A DNA stretch of 64,000 nt from an uncultured Victivallaceae bacterium (GTDB lineage: Bacteria; Verrucomicrobiota; Lentisphaeria; Victivallales; Victivallaceae). Positions 59,116-64,000 of this stretch are shown one piece after another. Positions within the stretch are counted from its first letter, which is position 1. The number at the start of each line of letters is the position of its first letter. Made by a program: the position numbers and the translations under genes. The DNA lies in the NCBI GenBank assembly GCA_964392985.1, contig CAYMSF010000019.1, forward strand, positions 1,160-65,159, given 5' to 3'. The notes beneath the pieces were generated by a model that had not been told where the DNA came from, made no database searches, and was given only the letters and a program-made list of their open reading frames with translations.

Positions 59116-59370
59116 ATGACGGCTAAATATCAGTTTCGCAGAAGCGATGAGCCAAAATTACGTTTTCTGATTTGCCCGCAATGCGGCGAATCTTTAACTT
59201 CGACGGATATCGAAATATATCCGGCGTGCCCCTATTGTGATGTAATCCTTGAACGCAATCAAGAGTTGGAGGATTTTATTCTTCAACCACTTGTTGAACG
59301 CTGGGCAAGTCAGTATTCACCGATGACCGGTCGCAATCTTCCGCAACGCTTCCGCGGTTTTTCCGGTTAA
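59116..59370 (+). CDS. small zinc-ribbon protein
   Basis: CPQC-x18-CPYC. 84 aa. The upstream region has a TATAAT-like box. Confidence 0.5.
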   Translation: MTAKYQFRRSDEPKLRFLICPQCGESLTSTDIEIYPACPYCDVILERNQELEDFILQPLVERWASQYSPMTGRNLPQRFRGFSG

Positions 59371-59387
59371 AAACAAATTCAAAGTTT

Positions 59388-60263
59388 TCAATTGCGATGT
59401 TTATCATTATGATGAAACCTGCCACCGCAATGCGGGCAATTAATTTCACCGCCGGATTTGATTTGCTCCTGTTTGCGGCGTTGAATTGACTCAATGAATC
59501 CGGAACTGATGATACCGGCAGGGAGAGCGAACATTCCAATTCCGCTGATGGCAATTATTGAAGCAACCACCTTGCCCAGTGGAGTAATCGGATAGATATC
59601 ACCATAACCGACAGTAGTCAATGCCGTGACTGCCCACCACATTGAAGCAGGAATGCTGGAAAAAGCCTCAGGTTGCGCGGCATTCTCAATGAAATACAGC
59701 AGGCAGGCGGAAAATAACAGCAGAACCGCCATCATGACCAGTGACAGCACAATTTCTTCCCGTTTATCAGTAAAGACATAGCGGATTAATTTTAGCGAAG
59801 CATTGTAACGTCCGAATTTAAGCAAACGGAACACCCGGAACAGTCGTAATGCCCGGAGAAAACGTAAATCAAGTTTAATTGGAAGGTAAAATGGTAGAAT
59901 TGCCAGCAAATCCAGGATTGCCAGCGGTGTGAAGATGAATTTAATCCGCCCGAATAACCCGGATTTACTGTATTGCTCACTTGCGGTGCAACTCCAGACC
60001 CGGAGTGAGTATTCCACCGTAAAAATGCAAATTGAAATAATATCAAAAATTTCAAAAAATGGTCCCCAGTGTTTGTGGACAACAGCGACAGTGTCAAGCA
60101 CCAGCACCACAATATTCATGGCAATCAGCGACAGGATAAAAACCTCAAAGCGATACCCGGCCTGATCCGGTTTGTCGGGCTGGTCGGTTCTGCCGCCGTT
60201 TAATATTTCCCAGGTACGTTTTTGAATTGCGGAATATGACATGATGTTACCATTTTGCAGCAA
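59388..60263 (-). CDS. voltage-gated K+ channel (Kv/KvAP-like, 6TM) with C-terminal CxxC/His tail
   Basis: S4 RFLRALRLFRVFRLLKFGR. Selectivity filter TTVGYGD. C-terminal INCPHCGGRFHHNDKH. Confidence 0.85.
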   Translation of the reverse strand: MLQNGNIMSYSAIQKRTWEILNGGRTDQPDKPDQAGYRFEVFILSLIAMNIVVLVLDTVAVVHKHWGPFFEIFDIISICIFTVEYSLRVWSCTASEQYSKSGLFGRIKFIFTPLAILDLLAILPFYLPIKLDLRFLRALRLFRVFRLLKFGRYNASLKLIRYVFTDKREEIVLSLVMMAVLLLFSACLLYFIENAAQPEAFSSIPASMWWAVTALTTVGYGDIYPITPLGKVVASIIAISGIGMFALPAGIISSGFIESIQRRKQEQIKSGGEINCPHCGGRFHHNDKHRN

Positions 60264-60282
60264 CGTCCGGAATACCAGACTT

Positions 60283-61053
60283 TTATTTTTCCAAAATCAG
60301 CCGGGCATATTCTTCATAGATGTGCCAGTTTACATTAGACATTTTCGGGAATGCGCTCAACTCCTTAGAGGGCAGATATCTGGAATAGTTATATCTGGCG
60401 AGAAGGATAGTCCAGTTGGCGCTATTGTCAAACTTATCGCCGTAAACGGTAAGCTCTTTAACTGGAATCGCCATTTCCAAAGTCCAGGTGGTATCTCTGT
60501 CCTGCCATTTATTTAAAGTGCCGCCAACGGTAGCGGCAGTCATGAATGCATCCGGTTTATATTTATTGGCATCCGGCAATCCAACCCAACTGCGCGATGG
60601 ATAAAACAGCCATGTTTTCAGATTATTGCAACTGCCATATAATTCCCAGTAATAAGAAACCTGCTCCGGCTTGAGAAAAACTTCGAGCAAGTCGCCGGTA
60701 GAGTATAACATCTCTTGATCATTTTTGCCGAAATTAACGACATCGGAGTCTTCAAAAACAGCGCCGACGTAAAGATAATTATCATCCCAAAGCAGTTTAA
60801 CCTTGCAACCTTCGCGCAGGCTGTCGCCAATGGTTTTCTGTATTGATTCAGGCATCGTTGAATATGCCTTAAAGGGTAATTCCAGTGAATAAACTTTGGC
60901 ATTATTCCATTCCGGTTCATCCATACTGCCATCAATTTTGACCGGGACGGATGTGTACTTGGCAACGACATCCGGTTTAGCAATGCCAGTTTCCGCCATC
61001 ACACCGATACTAAATAATCCAATAATCAATCCAAGAATAATGTTTCTGCTCAT
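60283..61053 (-). CDS. secreted carbohydrate-binding family 9 (CBM9/DOMON)-like protein
   Basis: Signal peptide. VPVKIDGSMDEPEWNNAKVYSL resembles the CBM9-like IDG..DE..W opening. Assignment is tentative. Confidence 0.5.
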   Translation of the reverse strand: MSRNIILGLIIGLFSIGVMAETGIAKPDVVAKYTSVPVKIDGSMDEPEWNNAKVYSLELPFKAYSTMPESIQKTIGDSLREGCKVKLLWDDNYLYVGAVFEDSDVVNFGKNDQEMLYSTGDLLEVFLKPEQVSYYWELYGSCNNLKTWLFYPSRSWVGLPDANKYKPDAFMTAATVGGTLNKWQDRDTTWTLEMAIPVKELTVYGDKFDNSANWTILLARYNYSRYLPSKELSAFPKMSNVNWHIYEEYARLILEK

Positions 61054-61131
61054 GTTGAAGCCCTTTTGTATGGTTTTAATTTTAGGAAATCTATCACGGC
61101 GAACATAAAAAGCAAGCGCTTGATTACCATT

Positions 61132-62514
61132 TCAATTATCCTGTTCCGGAGTCTGTTCAAACTTGCGCATACATACCGCCAGAATCACAATCAACGCCAC
61201 GGCAGCAAGGACAAACGCCGAATACATGGCGATATTAAACCATTTTTTATCCGGCTCATATGGTTTACCTTTGAATTCAGGATTCTTCTGCGCCAGAGAG
61301 AGTTGCAGTTCGCTGCAGGAAAGATTTTTATATCGGCTGATTATCTCCTGAATATCATATTGCGGGGCAGGAATAGCATCACCGCCGTAGTAAACTTTTG
61401 CCGGAAGTTGTGCCGCCGCGCTCAAAAATAACGCGTGATTTACTTCAGCCGTCAGAACTATTTCGACGTTTTGCAATGCCGGATTGTCTTTGTTGAATAA
61501 AATCAGACGATAACGTTGCGCCCGATTTGCCGCAATTGACAACGACAATTCACTGCGTTTGACACCGGGCAGCAGGTAGGAATAAAATTTGCCGCCGGCC
61601 AGATAATGCCAGGTTTTACCGTCAATAGAGCATTCCAGAATACCATCACGCGCAAAATTCTGCGAACCCGTGGCGATGCTGACTGACACGACCGGGGATA
61701 ATGAGGTTGTAATGTCTAAAACCTGCCGTCCATCTTTTTCTCTGGTTTCAGTGAATGATGCGTTAATTCTCCCGGTTGCCGGGACGCTGATTTGTTGTTC
61801 TGCCGTTTTCGCCGTCAAGATAATGCTGTCAATTTTGAAATCATGCCGTTCATAAAACCGGTTGGTTTCAACTGCATTGCCCTCTTTGTCATTTTTTACA
61901 AGTTGAGAGAAACCTGATTGCTCTTTTATCTCAGAAAAGTTAAGCAATTCCAGTTTGAACATCCGGTAGCTGGAATCCGGTAACTTTATTTCAGTATTCC
62001 GCAAATTGGCGATGCTGGAATAATCATAGATTTTGATTCCGGCAGCCAGTTTTTTCCAGGTGGAACCGTCGGAACTGCCGTAAACGGTGACGCTTTTTTC
62101 AAAATTGGTTGCTGCCGTATTAATGGTTATGCGTTCCGCCGTAAAAACTTTGACGATATCGGGTTTCGGTCCGGAAACAATTATTTCCAGCCGGTTATTT
62201 TTTTCTGTTTCCGGCTGTATAAGTGATTCAATTCTGGCGGGATAAGTTTTTTCACTTTTCCGTAGAGCGGTGGTGAATTTCTGCCGTATAGTGAACGGAA
62301 CTTGCTGACCGGCGCTATCGTAAATGCGTAAATTGGAGTAAAGACCGTTCGTGCTGTTATATAAATCTTCATCCAGAACAAAGGCACAAATTGTTCCGGG
62401 TAAAGATTCGGCTTTTAAATTTGCCGTTCTTACATATTCGAGCGCGGATCTGAAATCACTTGCGCCGGAGACTGCAGCCATCAGCATAACAACGATATAA
62501 ATATATTTCTTCAA
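61132..62514 (-). CDS. DUF3999-like protein (signal peptide, C-terminal TM anchor)
   Basis: 460 aa with an N-terminal signal and a C-terminal TM (FNIAMYSAFVLAAVALIVILAVC). Immediately downstream of a DUF2339-like polytopic gene, a pairing I recall as conserved. The family call is tentative. Confidence 0.5.
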   Translation of the reverse strand: MKKYIYIVVMLMAAVSGASDFRSALEYVRTANLKAESLPGTICAFVLDEDLYNSTNGLYSNLRIYDSAGQQVPFTIRQKFTTALRKSEKTYPARIESLIQPETEKNNRLEIIVSGPKPDIVKVFTAERITINTAATNFEKSVTVYGSSDGSTWKKLAAGIKIYDYSSIANLRNTEIKLPDSSYRMFKLELLNFSEIKEQSGFSQLVKNDKEGNAVETNRFYERHDFKIDSIILTAKTAEQQISVPATGRINASFTETREKDGRQVLDITTSLSPVVSVSIATGSQNFARDGILECSIDGKTWHYLAGGKFYSYLLPGVKRSELSLSIAANRAQRYRLILFNKDNPALQNVEIVLTAEVNHALFLSAAAQLPAKVYYGGDAIPAPQYDIQEIISRYKNLSCSELQLSLAQKNPEFKGKPYEPDKKWFNIAMYSAFVLAAVALIVILAVCMRKFEQTPEQDN

Positions 62515-62526
62515 AATGACGCTCCG

Positions 62527-64000
62527 TTATTGTGATGGTTGTTTATCCGATCCGATTGGACCTTTGTTTTCAGTCTTAAACTGTTCGCGGAATTTCATAT
62601 AAATAAAGGCGCTGCAGATCATGACCACGCCGAGAATCGTAAATGCCACAATCCGGTAAATTTGCGACAGATGGCTTAAATCAACCATAAAAATTTTGAT
62701 AACATCAACGCTGAAAAGTAATAATCCTGCGTAACGCAAATAGCGGTTGTCCCGGCGCAAACCACGGAATATAAGCGTAAACGCAAATGCCCCCCATAAT
62801 ATGGAAATTCCGCCATCGCGGAATTCCGGAACATAATTAATCAGCAAAGTACTGGTCTCAAGCGTAAGGTACATAAATAGCAGACCTATTGAAACAATCC
62901 CCATGAGTGAATTTAACTTCACGCTTTGGCGAAAACGCAATTTGTTCATACAGAAAAAAGCTAAAGCAATCAATGCGATAAACTCAATAGCCCGCATACA
63001 AGTGTAATCCCACATCGGAGTACTGCAATAAGCGATACGGTTCATTCTGAAATTCCAGACATCAATATCAATTAACAGTTTGGTCAGCAGAATAGAACCG
63101 GAGACCAGAGTCAAGAGCAATAATCCCACGGACTTTAATCTGGCAGCGTTATGCGCCAGAATCGCAGTTGCCGCGCCCCATACCAGCATCACCGCCGGCT
63201 CTCGCAGCGGGAGATAAAAAGTTTCAGAAACCCGGAGCGCTTCAAGTGTGAAGTAACAGATCAACAGGAAAGACCCGCACCATAAAATGACGCCGGCAAT
63301 GATTGTCGCCGGCAAACCGAATTTCACATCATTATCGTCAGGAATAATCACGCGGTTGGTTTTCTCTCCATATTTTCTGAGCAGGAATCTGCCGGCGGCA
63401 AAGGCAGCGACGACGCTGCCAATCGTAATCAAACGTTCAATCATACCGGCAAAATAATCCTGCTGAACCGTTCTGAAGCTTCCGTCAACAGTTATAATCC
63501 GCAGTAACGCCAGAAAATAAATCAAAAATGAACAGTTTGAGAGGAAGCGGCTCCCAAGTCGCAAGCCAAGCCAGAGGAAAATAACTGCCAGCGCCGACCA
63601 GGAAAAGGTAATCCATTTACCGGACAACAGCAACGGAAACGTTACCGTAATCGAAAACGCCGACAGGGCAAACATTATCAGCAGCAGATTGCGGTCAAGA
63701 TATTTGCGTTTGAGAAAATAGATGATAAAAGCAATGAAAAATGCCGCAGCCCCAAGACTGAAAAAAGCGCCATAAGGACGGGGATATAGTGCCAACGTCA
63801 TTTCCCAGCCTTTATAGAACAACATGATTGTCCCGGCAAAGATAATCAATAGTTCGATTGTTGAAACCGGTTCCCGGTTACGGATATTGAAAATAATGGA
63901 CTGAATAAAAAAGACCGCAAAATAGATACAGAGAAAGGTTACCGCAACGGCATAATCTGTTTTCGGGTCGTAATAACTGTCCAATGCCATGAGATAAATC
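62527..64000 (-). CDS. DUF2339-like polytopic membrane protein, probably N-terminally truncated by window edge
   Basis: At least 12 hydrophobic helices in a repetitive pattern. The reading frame stays open upstream of ATG 63990 to the window end. Confidence 0.55.
   Translation of the reverse strand, partial: IYLMALDSYYDPKTDYAVAVTFLCIYFAVFFIQSIIFNIRNREPVSTIELLIIFAGTIMLFYKGWEMTLALYPRPYGAFFSLGAAAFFIAFIIYFLKRKYLDRNLLLIMFALSAFSITVTFPLLLSGKWITFSWSALAVIFLWLGLRLGSRFLSNCSFLIYFLALLRIITVDGSFRTVQQDYFAGMIERLITIGSVVAAFAAGRFLLRKYGEKTNRVIIPDDNDVKFGLPATIIAGVILWCGSFLLICYFTLEALRVSETFYLPLREPAVMLVWGAATAILAHNAARLKSVGLLLLTLVSGSILLTKLLIDIDVWNFRMNRIAYCSTPMWDYTCMRAIEFIALIALAFFCMNKLRFRQSVKLNSLMGIVSIGLLFMYLTLETSTLLINYVPEFRDGGISILWGAFAFTLIFRGLRRDNRYLRYAGLLLFSVDVIKIFMVDLSHLSQIYRIVAFTILGVVMICSAFIYMKFREQFKTENKGPIGSDKQPSQ

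Overview
Gene-dense chromosomal window with about 50 protein-coding genes. I found no rRNA, tRNA, CRISPR array, IS element or integrase. The gene content points to an anaerobic, glycan-degrading member of the PVC superphylum (Lentisphaerota/Kiritimatiellota/Verrucomicrobiota-like). The clues are two DUF1559-type prepilin-like proteins (FTLIELL...DGHV), many secreted glycoside hydrolases, LacI/AraC/IclR regulators and a short anaerobe-type ThiC. That taxonomic guess is inference only. Layout: housekeeping genes rlmI, an orphan solute-binding protein and a tight glmS-waaA-thiC block (1.5-8.7 kb). Two tandem paralogous secretin-like genes sit behind a near-consensus sigma-54 promoter with a long structured leader (8.8-12.8 kb). 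A LacI-associated glycan locus is bracketed by a 56-bp direct repeat (13.9-21.9 kb). Next come mreB, an OmpR/HK pair, and a GH2 gene flanked by two roughly 70% identical paralogs of an unnamed secreted family (28.8-35.4 kb). These are followed by a GAF sigma-54 activator plus family-B DNA polymerase, then an ECF sigma operon. A 1419-aa GH13+GH133 eukaryote-like glycogen debranching fusion follows, then a radical-SAM(TIGR01212)-MnmD methyltransferase fusion. The 49-58 kb region is a dual-IclR/AraC-associated locus with five QueG/reductive-dehalogenase-like Fe-S modules in three genes, plus an MDR dehydrogenase and a TIM-barrel isomerase. The window ends with a Kv-type K+ channel and a DUF2339/DUF3999/CBM9-like cluster. 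The best candidates for something undescribed are the QueG/RdhA-like catabolic locus, the sigma-54-driven orphan secretin pair, and the rSAM-MnmD Rosetta-stone fusion. All functional calls rest on motif recognition by eye. No database search was run.
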